A DNA stretch of 59,644 nt, the filler included, from Catajapyx aquilonaris (taxonomy: Eukaryota), in NCBI GenBank assembly GCA_000934665.2. It is 2 parts of 2 records of this genome, joined end to end, with 100 filler letters (N's around TTAATTAATTAA, not from the genome) between each part and the next. Parts side by side here need not be neighbours in the genome. Positions count along the whole stretch, not along the records: positions 1 to 29,876 come from JYFJ02004753.1; 1 more part is not named here. One strand, written 5' to 3'. The position numbers and the translations under genes are program-made. The notes below the pieces were generated by a model that searched no databases, had not been told where the DNA came from, and was given only the letters and a program-made list of their open reading frames with translations. Positions 13,151-25,194 of this stretch are shown here, piece by piece. Each line of letters begins with the position of its first letter. The first letter of the stretch is position 1.

Positions 13151-14226
13151 GAATATGGAAATGACCCTCGGATGAAACTTACCGCAGTCTGAGGAGAAGC
13201 TATATGAAAAACTAAATTTGCATTTCTTTTTCTTTGTAGGCCTTAAAACTTGTTTCGTAATGATCACTTGGGTACATAGTGCCTGCACTGTACAGCACGC
13301 AACACACCTGCTGAGCTTCATATCAGCTGTTTTTTTTTTTTTCGTGCACGTTATGTAATGTCTCGCTTTAATTAACATAAGTACATCATGCTGTAATCAC
13401 TGTCACGCTGTCAACGAAACGTTATTTTTGTCCATGTCGTCGTTGGTCCGGTTTTTCGTACCACTGTCAAAGTGACGTCAAATATGTCTCATTTCCACAT
13501 AATTAGCCTATATATTCCTCTCCATTGCACTGTAGCAGGCTTTGAAAATCAACAGTGGGATGAGAAACAGCTTGCTAATAATATTTCCGCGCTTAAAATC
13601 AATGCTTGAATTTTATATTTAGGGGATAATCGTATTATCCAGTGTCAACGAGTGTGTACTCTAGTCATAAGAAATGTAAATGACGCAAAATATAATGTAT
13701 TCCCTTCGCACTTTATAGTCGTAGGTAGTGTATGGCACAAAAATAATAAACCAGACTCTATATAGAAAATATTATCTCACGATCTTTTGTTGACGTGCTC
13801 TCTGACACCCGACAAATACAGTGAGCCTGTCTTGCTCAATCCGTACAACTGGTACGTCGCTGTTCAAGTGATGGTGCAGCTAATAATTATTATCCAGGCT
13901 TACAACCTTTGATCCGCGTTCCATCTGCTGCGATGGCTCATCTGATGCGGATTTCTAGTCCAAAAGGTCTAGCGCATGTCTCTCTGGGCATCGCGGATTG
14001 GAGGATTGCCATGCATTACAATCATCAGGTGCTGCAAGTTGGTACATCTCCGTTAGTAAGGTACATGTGACCTGAACGCAGCAGAAGTCGTCCGTTCTGG
14101 ACTGAACCGACTGGAATTGCAAGTGACTTGGGTTGCCTGCATGTGACTTCCTGCAAGTAGTGACTATCGAAATTATCAGGATTGACCCCCGTTGATTGAT
14201 CCATGCATGGTTAGTATCCGTAGGCG

Positions 14227-16875
14227 ATGGCTTCATCGATGGATGCAGATGATGGTCCCTCTGGAGCGACAGCTGAGGAAGATGTGAGTGCTGAAGCAGC
14301 TTCTGAAGAGGCAATCAGCCTGAGCTCTGTGAATTCGAAGCCTGGCTTGCTGTTCGCTGGAGAAGATTTGTACCTCGGAGGTGCTGGGAATATGGACGGG
14401 GCCTACGACGACGATGACGAGGAAACTGTTGTTGGTATGGGCGTGGGTGGTCACCTGGAGGACCTGGTGACCAGGGTGTGCGGTGGGTTCGGTCGCTGGC
14501 AGTGGCAGCTCCTGGGCTGGGCCTTCCTGGCCAGCTTCTTCGGGGGATACCACAACACTGGCCACTACGTCCTGCACTCTGCCAACACCCCTCACTTCCA
14601 CTGCAACGTCCCTCACCTCGAAGGAAAGGTGGACTGGACAATCGAACAGATCAAGACCGTCACTCAGCCAGACATGTGAGTCCATATCTCTCACACGTTG
14701 GGTGTAGTACAGCACTGTACAATGATTATGCATTGTGTAATGTTGTGTTGTGACGTGTTGCAAGGGACGACCCCTGCTTCATATACGATCGCAACTACTC
14801 TTCCCTGTCGTCCATGTCCTACGAGCAAGCCATGCTGCACCTGAGCAACCAGAGGAGAGACGACCAAGTGCGTCCTGCGGGCAGCATACCGTGCACCCAG
14901 TGGGTGTACGACACCACCGACTTCGCCTCCACCACTGTCACCGACGTAAGTCCCATCAGCTGGCCTCATCAATGCCAAATGACATGACGTTGACGTAATT
15001 AATAATTGCAGTGGAACCTGGTGTGCAGCAGATCTGCTCTTCGACCCACCATCCAGAGCGTGCACATGTGCGGTGTCCTGCTAGGAAGCCTCCTCTTCGG
15101 CATCGTCTCAGACAGGTAGTACAGCAGGTGGTCGTACATGTTGTATACGGTTAAGTGTATACTGTACACGTCATGTGGTGCGCAGGTACGGTCGTCGTTG
15201 GGCGGCGATCCCAGGAGCGGCGGTGGTACTGGTGGCGTCGGTGGCGTCTGCGGTGGTGCCCTACTACCCCCTCTTCCTGGCCATGAGGTTCCTCGCAGGG
15301 GCAGGCATGGTCGGACTCTACGCATCCTCATACGTCGTCAGCAAGTATCGCATGTGGCGTAATAATGGTACGGTGTCAATGATGAATCTTGCTTATTGCA
15401 CAGTGTTGGAATGGATGGGGGTAGAGAGACGGGCGCTGTCAACGATGCTGTACGAGATGGGTCCACCAGCAGGAGTCCTCTGCTCCATCGGCCTCTCTTA
15501 TCTCCTCACCAACTGGAGGCACCTGCATCTTGCCATGGGCATAGCCACCTCAGTCTTCATTCTCTACTACTGGTATACTGTTACTCTCACCCGCATGATC
15601 CTTACAGCAGCACTCTCATATTATTTGTGCAGGATTCTCCCAGAGTCTCCCAGATGGCTTCTGGTGAGGGGACGTCTGCAGCAGCTGGAAAGAATGCTGC
15701 GCAAGGCAGCTGCCAGCAACAGAAAGGAACTGCCCACTGACACTACTCTTCAGCTCTTGCTCCAGAGGGCTAGAGTGGTATGTAAGAAACACAGGGCATC
15801 AACAACAACATAAAGAGTTGGATGGTGCACGACCACTGTGTCGGTGCCATCAGCAGTACAAGTGAATTGCTATGAACGTAGCATGCATTGTAGGAATTGT
15901 GTGTGCAGCAGCAGTTGTCTGCGGATGCTGAGACCAAAGAGAGTGGAGGTACTCGTGCCCCAAGGAAAGGTGGAGGTGTGATGTCCTTGGTCCGCACCCC
16001 CCAGATGCGTTCTCGCAGCCTGAAGCTCGGCCTGCTGTGGCTGACCATAGGCACGGTCTCATATGGCACCACATTCCTGCTGGCTCGTCTGGCCCTCAGC
16101 ACCCGGGTGCTGCTGGGCCTCCACGAGGGGGTTACACTCCTGACCAGGTCAGTAGCCTTCAAGCCCATTGACCACTGGGGACGGAAGAGGGTCCATGCAG
16201 CTGCCTTCTTTGGCATCGCACTCTTTTCCATGCTCGCCTGCTTACCCTTTGGTAATAACATGCTGGGCATTACCCCATTACATCAACTGGTTTCCCACAT
16301 TCAATTCACCCTTTTCCGAAACAGATTATCCAGTGCTGATTGGTACGTTTCTGCTCCTGAGTCGCGTGTGCACAGCAACAAACTTTACATTGATCTACTT
16401 GTACACAGCTGAGCTGATGCCAACCCAAATGAGGAACCTGTCCATCAACTGTGGATCAGTGTGCGCCAGGATAGGTGCCATCTTGGCACCATTTCTGGTT
16501 GACCTGCTGGTTAGCATCATATCCACATGCAAGATTATTAAAATACAGTATCTGCAACTTGCTTACAATTTTCAATTCTCAATAATATTGCAATGCATTT
16601 GTACAACTAACACCAAGCCTCACTGAATCCTCCTCTCTCGTAATCATAAGGGCTGGTACCACGTGTCAATCCCAACGGCAATATTTGGCTGCCTATCATT
16701 GGCTGCAGGAATGACCTGCCTCTACCTGCCAGAGACCATGGGCAGGCCCCTCCCAGACACCATTCAAGACGTAGAGGATTCAATGAGGAGCACCAGGGAA
16801 GGACAAAGGCTCCATTCGTTCAAGAGGGAGATGGGAAGAGACGGGGAGCAGAGGAAGATGGAGGATTGCGCATGA
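14227..16875 (+). CDS. SLC22 organic cation transporter-like (MFS), multi-exon
   Basis: GGFGRWQW, Cys-rich first loop, WNLVC, SDRYGRR, LPESPRWL, YTAELMPTQMRN, LPETMGRPLPDTI motifs. Confidence 0.92.
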
Positions 16876-18149
16876 CTACATTCCACTTATGTTGTCAAGC
16901 TCTTGCGGCACGCTGGTCTCACCCTATGAAATGCAGAGTCGAGGAATTTAGGACCACAAAATACATTATGTTTTAGCATATATTTTGTCATACGTGTTAA
17001 ATAAACGACTATGTTTAGTTATGCTCTTAACATTACTTTATTGTAAAATTTCATCACATTTCTCATTGTCTGAGCTGGATTGGCTGCAATTGCAGACAAG
17101 TATACAGTAAATGCTACTTAACCATCCCCATTCGAATGTTTCCTGCGGTTTACTGCGACTGCATACGTTTTATCATCAAAATATCTGCATAAACAAGGAA
17201 AATAAGAGCACTTCAACTGATTGTGCACGCAAAAATATAAATACTTGACACAGTTTTCAACATTTCTTTTTTGTCACTAGCTGACCAGAATTATTATGTT
17301 ACTCTTATGATTAATTTTTTTCTGAGCAACCATCACGACAACGCCTGCAGTGGTAATACTGCCAGGCTGAAACATATCAGCACCATTAGCGTCTGAATGA
17401 TCACATCAGGTGGCTGGGATTCAACTCGACCATTTCACAGCAACTCATTGCCCCCATTAGTTGGCCGACTCCAACTGATGAGAAACACTTCTCTGGGGGC
17501 ATAATTAACTAGTTTATCGCAATAAAACCAGTTCTGATGCTCCTTCTCCCACCCCACAATATTGGAGGGGGAATACTGGCCACACATATTGATCGTACTT
17601 ACAAATTATGGTTATCAGTTAACAATAATTCTGTTTGTGATAACCGTAATTTGTAAGTATGATCAATGACAATTACTGTCCACCCTGGCAGCTTTACCAT
17701 GAACACAACCAATCCTGACGAGGCATATGGCGCACTACTTACAAGTATATTTGTACCACATTTTATTGCTGGCAGTGTTGCATTCTTTCTGCAAATTTGC
17801 CTTAACTGCTATACTAGTGAGGAAAGCAGCATTAAGTAAATAACAACGGCAGCTGTTGGCGTGGCCTAACACAAAAGTTGTAAATAAATATAATACCAAA
17901 TACCGAATAAATTAAAAAGAAAACAAATATGGCAGATAAATACTCGTAAGTTCAAAAAATTTCCTGGCTGTTTCCTGGCTGGTTTGTTTTACAATGTGAA
18001 CAACAGCTGCTCTAAAAATAATCTCAAATCTTCTCCAAAATAATGCTGTTCAGGTATTCAACCCCCGGTTTATCATGTACCAAATAAATATGACTAAGTG
18101 ACATTAAACAAAAAAAAAACAAAAAAAAATGCACAAGGGCAACATCACA

Positions 18150-19034
18150 TTACTTTGAGGAATTCAGCTTCTTTGGATGAGTCCCCAAATGAACACGGAG
18201 GCCAGACCGACTTTCATACGATGTCGGGCAGTGTGGGCATGGATACGACTTCTTTGGCTGGTCTTCAACCTTTGGCACGTCCGATGGAATCTCCAAGCAA
18301 CTTGTGTTGATGTGAGTGGCGTGGTGCTTGCGCATGTCAGACTTGGAAGCGAAGAACTGATCCACACATAGCTTGCAAGCAAACCGGCCAGTTTTTAAGA
18401 CCGGCTGATGGGGTTTGACTGGAGTGTGAGAATATGAGTCGCGCATCTCATTGGCTACTAACACGCTGTCCTCAAACGCTTCCTGATGACTTGGCCGCTT
18501 CTGTTCAAGTGGTTTCAAAATGGAAGTGTAAGCCTTGGGCCAGTACTTCAGCGTAGCGAGACTCATGTGCGAAACAACGTGGACGAGGAGTTGCGATTGC
18601 GTACGGAAGGCTTTGTGGCAAAACTTGCAAGAGAACTGCTTATGAGACCTCCTGTGCCTCTTTGCCACATGCTTCATCAAGCGGGTCATCTTACTGAACC
18701 GCGCCGGGCAGTGCTTGCAAGCGAATCGCTTACTCTTCCTCTTGTACACCCCTCGAATGTGCACCGCCTGCACGTGCTTCAGTAGCTCATCCTTGGTCCA
18801 CAACCGCTTCCTGCAGCATCCGCATCCGTAGGGCGGCTCACCCGTATGCACCGACCCATGGGACAGGAGCATGTGGTAGGTCGGGAAGGTCGCCCCGCAC
18901 AGATGGCAAATCTTCTGCTCAGCCTTCTTTGCAGCCGCAGTCTTCCCAACCATGGCTGGCTCCTCCTCAACAACGGCAGCAATGGGTTCCGGTGGCTCTT
19001 CCTTCACCCGTGGCGGTTCTTGGTCACCCGGCAT
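18150..19034 (-). CDS. C2H2 zinc-finger protein (6 fingers), single coding exon
   Basis: 294-aa ORF with six CxxC...H...H motifs and an HTGEPPY linker. Confidence 0.88.
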   Translation of the reverse strand: MPGDQEPPRVKEEPPEPIAAVVEEEPAMVGKTAAAKKAEQKICHLCGATFPTYHMLLSHGSVHTGEPPYGCGCCRKRLWTKDELLKHVQAVHIRGVYKRKSKRFACKHCPARFSKMTRLMKHVAKRHRRSHKQFSCKFCHKAFRTQSQLLVHVVSHMSLATLKYWPKAYTSILKPLEQKRPSHQEAFEDSVLVANEMRDSYSHTPVKPHQPVLKTGRFACKLCVDQFFASKSDMRKHHATHINTSCLEIPSDVPKVEDQPKKSYPCPHCPTSYESRSGLRVHLGTHPKKLNSSK

Positions 19035-19302
19035 TTGTCTTCTTCACTACAAGAGGATTGCCCGATAACAATGTGCAGTTTCAATGAGATTAAGAACACC
19101 AACCTGAAGCTGAGCCTGAAGCACCGTGGCCTGAAGCACCATGCCGGTCTCTGGCGCTGTTCGATCTTCTTCTGGCGCTTCCGGTGTTGCCAGACAGTGA
19201 CAAAGGAAGTGCGCTTCGGATGTGGCAACACTGTCGGCAGCAAAGATGGCGCTGCCCACTGGTCAGTAGTTGTTGCTCTCTCTCAAGGACTAAAGAAGGA
19301 AG

Positions 19303-21118
19303 GATGCTGCACCAGAACCAGCAACCAGAAGAAGATGGCCAGCAGGTAAGCAACACACGGGACAACCAGCAGATGACAACACTAATGGTCTTCTTCCAGG
19401 AGGACAAGGTGTGCCTCCTGCTGGACGATGGGGCTCGGCTGGAGTACAGCCGGAAGCAGCTGGCCTCCTGGAGCAGGTTCTTCAGGGCCATGTTCAGCCA
19501 GGGGTGGAGGGAGAGCAACCAGCAGGAGGTGGAGGTCGGAGGTGTCACGGGGGACCAGCTGATGGAGGTCGTCGCCTACGCCTCGCATGACAAGCAGGTG
19601 AGCCCATCCGGTTGGAGGCCACCAAACGCAGCTGCTGACCTGTGCCGTCTTTTCCAGCTGCCGGTCACTGACCTGGGGTCTATCCTCCGCATCCTGCGCA
19701 CCTCCGACTGCTTGGACTTTGCTTCGGTGCGTGAATCCTGCATTTCAGCCTTGGGTCCCCCTCGCTCCACAGGGCCGTACAGGTGCCTGCCCGTCTTGCA
19801 AGCTTGCCTGGACTTTGGCCTGACCCAGCCCTCCCTACTGACCTGCGCACTGAACACCGCTCGGTGGTACCTCCCGTCTCTCCAAGGGTTCGAATGGGAC
19901 GTCCGCTGTCTTAGTTGGGAAGCGCTTCTTTCGCTCCTGCAAGATCCGCAGGCCAGGCTTGATTGCCAGCAGGATGCGACCATCTTGGCCAACACCTGGG
20001 CCAAAGGCTGCCAGCGCAGGATGAAACTAGTGGAGGAGGCGGGGATACGCGGCCTCGTTGGGGATACGCCTGTCCCGAGGGAGCCTCCGTTTCAGCCCTG
20101 CATTGCCGGAGTGTCCAACAACGACCAGACTGTGGTCATATACACATTCAACATGGAGGCAGGCACCCTGGACAAGCTGGCTGAGATCACAGGAGAGGTC
20201 GCCGATGGGAAGTGCCGTCTCCACGGACATTACTTCATTTCACATGGTTTGTTGCCTGAAGTTTTTTGTCCTGTCATTTTGTCATTATTTCAGTGTTTTT
20301 TCCATTCAATGTTCAAGTGATTCAAGTGGAGGTATGCTATGTTATTAAATGGCAGCGTTTTCCCAGGAAAGGACGTGTACATAACTGGTGGCGAGTACAA
20401 GTTTGGGTACAGCATATGGAACGAGCAAGTGAGGCATTGCGACTTTGTGTTGGATCCGTCCAACTGGACCAAAGTGACCTGCTCCCTGATGGCAAACAAG
20501 CGTCGCCACCACTCCTGCTGCATTGTTGGTGACAAGTTGTACCTTGTGGGAGGGTACGGACGGCACCGGCTGCCAGTGGACACCCTGGACAGGCTGTGTC
20601 TCCGGACAGGCAAGTGGCGCAGCTGTGGAAATGTGCCCAATCCCACCCAGATGTCCATACCTGCCGTGAGCTGCTTCAGAGTGAACCAGCTGTTGCTATT
20701 CAGGTCTAGCTCGGAGGCCAATGTGTACGATACGGTATTTGGTGAGTGGATGAATCTGCATGTAGAGAAGGGACCGGGTGTGGGGGTCGTGGCTTTCAGG
20801 TATGCGGTCCCACACCCAAACGGCAGTGTGTACCTGGTAGTGTCCCACTCTGCGGAGCTGATGGCGTCTAGTCAGCAGCACGGCACTTGGGTGGTGGAGA
20901 GGGTGGGTCGCTTCAAGGGAGAGGAGGTCCAGGGGATGTGTCTCGTCAGGGATTTACTGTACGCATTCACTTCCTCCGAAGACGAAGGCTGGACGGTGGA
21001 GATGTACGACCCAGCAAGCCAGACATTCGAGGTGAGGGCAAGCTCAACAGAGGAACACCCTCTCGCTAATGTCCAGTTTGAGCACGGAAGTTGTTTCGTG
21101 GCCCCTGTCTACAGATAG
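19303..21118 (+). CDS. BTB-BACK-kelch-like protein, multi-exon (start codon uncertain)
   Basis: BTB (RKQLASWSRFFRAMFSQGWRESNQQEV) and kelch repeats (VYITGG, LYLVGG..W, VEMYDP); introns near 19346, 19598 and 20247. Confidence 0.85.
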
Positions 21119-21460
21119 AGTCTGGTGCAACTTGTACGGTAACAGTGATAAAAAGTTGTGATATGTGCACCACCGGTGTTGTGAGATTTGTCAAAAATTT
21201 GAGGGCTTCCCGAATGGTCCAAGACCAAAGAGATGTATAGAAAGCGGCCAGACATGTACAGATTTTTAACGCAATAAACATGCAGTAAAACTGATGTGAT
21301 AATCATTTGACTAAGCTGTCAGCACGATTCAAATTTTTGTGGAGATATTTGGCAACACTGTTTACCCAGTGCTGCCAGCTTGCGGCGTGTTGCTGAACCT
21401 TGCAGGATCAGCAGACATGTGAAACTTTCTTTGGGGAAATATTTTCTGTCAAAGGGGAGG

Positions 21461-21926
21461 ATGTTTGGGAAGAAGTCTGGCTCCTTCGCTAAGGGTGGGT
21501 CCCAACACCTGGAGATTCCAGAGCCCCCGACCGCAGACCAGATCCTGGAGGACATTGACGGGGCACCAGACGACGACGTTGCCTTCTCCGTCGTCAGGCG
21601 AACCGAACGCATAAGTATGGAAAATGTGGTTGCGATCTGGCGTCAGCTGCAGTGCTGTTGTTTCAGGCTTGATGGAGGAGATGGACTGCTCGGACGACCC
21701 CTGCAGGTCCCCCGTGTCACCTGGCATCGACACGAGCCAGCAGGTTGCGGCTGGTGAGGTGGAAGCTTCCTACCTGAAGGTGAAGCAGTACATCAACTCC
21801 TGCGGTCACCTGAACTCCCAGGTGGACCTGATGAACACCAAGCTGGATCAGCTGAAAGGGAGCGAGGCCTCGCTGAAAAGTGCGGTCCAGGCTGCAATGG
21901 TGTCCAATGAAAAAAAGACCGGTTGA
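21461..21926 (+). CDS. UPF0449 (C19orf25-like) protein; exons 21461-21614 and 21667-21926
   Basis: PEPPTADQILEDIDGAPDDDVAF matches the recalled UPF0449 motif; phase-1 GT-AG intron; coiled-coil-like C-terminus. Confidence 0.8.
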
Positions 21927-21959
21927 CTACAAAACGTTTATTAAACTACAAGGAACACG

Positions 21960-22154
21960 TCAGTTGCTCTTTTCCTGCCGCTTCCTGACCTCCTGCTCGT
22001 ACATGACGTCCGCCCACTCCTGCGCCTGGTTGTACTTATTCCGCCTGATGACCGGCTGCAGGCCAAACCTCCACAACAGCAGCATGCTGGTGGTGGCCAC
22101 CAGGGCTCCAACCAGCAATCCCACGGGTCTCCCCTGACCCACCGGACCCGCCAT
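21960..22154 (-). CDS. 64-aa small single-TM protein, function unknown
   Basis: MAGPVGQGRPVGLLVGALVATTSMLLLWRFGLQPVIRRNKYNQAQEWADVMYEQE..; coding-like GC3; AATAAA shortly after the stop. Confidence 0.65.
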   Translation of the reverse strand: MAGPVGQGRPVGLLVGALVATTSMLLLWRFGLQPVIRRNKYNQAQEWADVMYEQEVRKRQEKSN

Positions 22155-22160
22155 CACTTA

Positions 22161-22406
22161 TTATCCTTGCTGCTCCTCTTTGGAATGAACGCCTCCAGGG
22201 AGTGGAGGGCCACCAGGGTCAGCGCTATGGTCCCCACTAGGATCTTGACCTTCGTGGGCATGGGCTGCCTGCTGCTGCTTCAGTAGCCTCTCCTCCCTCT
22301 GCTGCTTGAGGATAGGCCTCCAGATGTACACTCCGCTGGTCACTCCAACCACAAGGGCCACGAACAGGCTGGCACGACTCAGCCCACGGGGTCTCCTGAT
22401 CAGCAT
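22161..22406 (-). CDS. PIGBOS1: PIGBOS1-like mitochondrial microprotein, 81 aa
   Basis: RGLSRASLFVALVVGVTSGVYIWRPILKQ resembles PIGBOS1 (LTFAQLLFATVLGIAGGVYIFQP); ATG directly after a TTTTGCAG acceptor. Confidence 0.75.
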   Translation of the reverse strand: MLIRRPRGLSRASLFVALVVGVTSGVYIWRPILKQQREERLLKQQQAAHAHEGQDPSGDHSADPGGPPLPGGVHSKEEQQG

Positions 22407-22611
22407 CTGCAAAAGGGATCACAGGGGAACAACCCCTGGGGTTTAATATGTCGCCCATAGGGAAAAAGTGTGGCATGGCGAAGGGTGGGGATTGTGTCGT
22501 ACTCGGTACGGCCGCCTTGGACTAGTTTGAGCGATGCTGAGACGCCCAAATCTTGTGCGGAACAATTATCCGGCTGCACGACCGCTGATTCCATGGGGGC
22601 CGCCATTGCTT

Positions 22612-22714
22612 CAGGGTTGCCAGATGGAAGGAAGCAGGGTTGCCAGATGGAAGGAAGCAGGGTTGCCAGATGGAAGGAAGCAGGGTTGCCAGATGGAAGG
22701 AAGCAGGGTTGCCA
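22612..22714. repeat. 23-bp tandem repeat CAGGGTTGCCAGATGGAAGGAAG, 4 full units plus a partial
   Basis: Units start at 22612, 22635, 22658, 22681 and 22704. Confidence 0.95.
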
Positions 22715-23096
22715 ATAGCGGCGCGCAATTCAAACTGCGTGTGCAAATGATGAAGAGGCGGTTTAATTTGCGAAATAATTTATTCAGTCTCTCCGTCGGG
22801 AGAAAAAGAAAGACACAAAACAAACATTTAAATAAAGTGGCCAGAGTGACTGTGCGGCCTTGAAATAACGGAAGTGAAGGACACGAAGACATGGAAGAAC
22901 GAAGAAGTAAGAGGCAGTGTTTGCTGGTGCAACTAATAAGTCCCATCCTGATTGCGAGTGTCCGGCGTCGGTGGCGTCCATGCATTGAGCGTGTTGTTCA
23001 GTCGTGAACTATAGAGGAAAGTTGTGGAAAGAGATGGAAGGAAGGAGCGTCGTTGGCGTCGGTCAGCAGCAGCAGCAGGAGGAGGTTATATGCTGT

Positions 23097-23745
23097 TTAG
23101 TAGTGGATTCCATGGGCGGCCAGCTTGGCGGCATGGAAGCCGTGTCCGTGTCCGTAGGCGCCGTAGGCCACGGCGGGGGCAGCGTGGACGACGGGGGCAG
23201 CGTGGACGACGGGGGCAGCGTGGACGACGGGGGCGGCGTGGACGACAGCGGCCTGCAATATATAGGACATATTCATTGTAGCACGTTGAATCATCGGTTT
23301 ATGTGCATTGCATATACAGTACCTGACGGTCGATGACGGCGTTGAAACCGTTGATTGGGTCAGAGGTGTACGAGACGGTACGGAGGGTGCCGTCGGGGTC
23401 GGCCACGGAGTAACGTCCGACGACCACGCCACCGTCGCGGGTCTCGGTGTGTCCCTTGGAGTCGCCGGTCAGGGCGTCGTTCACGCTGTACGAGTAGGTG
23501 TACTGGGGATGGGGGTCGAAGGGCTCGATGGCAACAGGGGCGGCCACGGCCACTGGAGCAGCGTGGGCCACGGCCACAGGGGCGGCCACGGCATGGTGGG
23601 CGAATGGGGCGGCGTAGCCATGGTGCACCACACCGGCGCTGGCAATGCCCACAAGGGCGACGAGGATGGCGATCTGCAACAACAATAATCCCAAGTCAGC
23701 CTGTGACAATGCACCGTGCCAACACTCGCTCCTTACCTTGTACAT
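23097..23745 (-). CDS. RR-2 cuticular protein (chitin-binding R&R), 3 exons
   Basis: MYK micro-exon, signal peptide, AAPV repeats, [58 protein letters not shown]. Confidence 0.95.
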
Positions 23746-23779
23746 GTTAGTTGCTTCTGGTTGGTACTGATTCTACCAG

Positions 23780-23820
23780 TGGACTGATGAGGAGGGCTTG
23801 GCCGTCCCTGGTATTTATAC
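23780..23820 (-). promoter_or_regulatory. TATA box plus arthropod initiator of the cuticle gene
   Basis: Minus strand GTATAAATA at about 23820-23812 with TCAGT about 25-30 nt downstream. Confidence 0.7.
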
Positions 23821-25194
23821 GGGGGGTGCTGGCCAGCAGCACACGAATGATGGCCATGGCAATGCTTCCTGCTATTTTTTCCCCACATTTGCTGCTGGCA
23901 CCTTACCACGCCCTGTATACCCACTCCCTGTACGCAACCTTTGCTGGAATATTACACGCGTACAAAAAAAGAAAGAAACAGGAGGTGTACGTGTCTGGAG
24001 GAATGCGAAGGTGATCCTGCATCGGAGCAACACCCGCCCGCAGCCAATCAACTTCCGCAACCGGTCCAGCAGTGGAAAGATACATTTTGGTGGCCACCTT
24101 CCCTTCTCCTATGCCCAAGTTCTAGGACGCCCTACTATATGCGCAGGCCTCCAGTTCCGTTTCACACGACACACGCAACTCAATAGTAAGATCAGATGAT
24201 AACTAACTTGGAAGACTCGCAAGAACGGTGTCTTACCGCCCCATTCATTGTTCAATTTATTCATTGCTCGATTTGCGAGTGAGCTGCTAAATATATAGCC
24301 GTCTCACTGCTATAGATACTGCTAATGATAAGTTAGCAGTACCTATATAGCATTGGGACGAAAATTTCACCCAATCTCTCCAGAACCAGGTGGAACAATA
24401 ACAACAAGTATTATTCATCCTGATGACTGGCAATACATGGCGAAGTCAATGCCAAAATTATTAATGGATCGAGTGTCCTTCTGGGCAACATAAGCAGCTG
24501 CTTATTGCAACTTTCCTGGTGGAATAATTTAAGTATGGTCCAGTCAGAATTAAAGCGAGGGGGGAAAGGTGATCCGACAAGTGGGATTAAAGGTAGCATG
24601 TTGCGATTACACTGCCTGGTTAGAGGGAATAAAGATCTTTGAAGGGCGGTCGAGGTCAGTTGTTTATTTCAGCCTCGACTCTTTGGATGGACCGGTTTAC
24701 TATGCCACCATTTCCCTCGCACTTGCTCTTGAGAAAATAAAAGTGAGAGTGAGCCAAGCGACGACCTTGCCCGATTATTCCTCAATCATTTTCCCCCATC
24801 TCAGCCTGCCTCTCCCAATAAAAGCCATTTGTCCCTCAGGGTTACGGACACAAGCAGCACCGGTTCACGGCATTCAGCCATTCAAGCTCGGTGCAATTAT
24901 ATAGGCTAGATATCAGGCCGCGAATCCAGTTCCTGTTCTGCTCCATCTTTTTATCTACTTATTTGTGCCAATTACAGAGGCTGTGCACTTCACGCTGACC
25001 ATTACAAGTTAAACAAACATCGGTCGTATATTTCACGCTTTTATTTATTCTTTTGCGACCTGTAGCCAACTGCTGTATACACACAGCAATGCAGAGTGTT
25101 GAGGATGAGTATTATATAATACTGGCAATAATTCATGTGCGAGCTAATCATATAAAGTGGACTTATATGCACTGTACAGTCCATCACTTGTGAT

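Noticed and set aside
22612..22714. CRISPR-like repeat or repetitive ORFs
   Set aside because: Head-to-tail 23-mers with no spacers; the ORFs are by-products of the repeat.
24411..24904. A fourth OBP-like paralog
   Set aside because: No exons with the family Cys pattern or the 118-nt exon were found.
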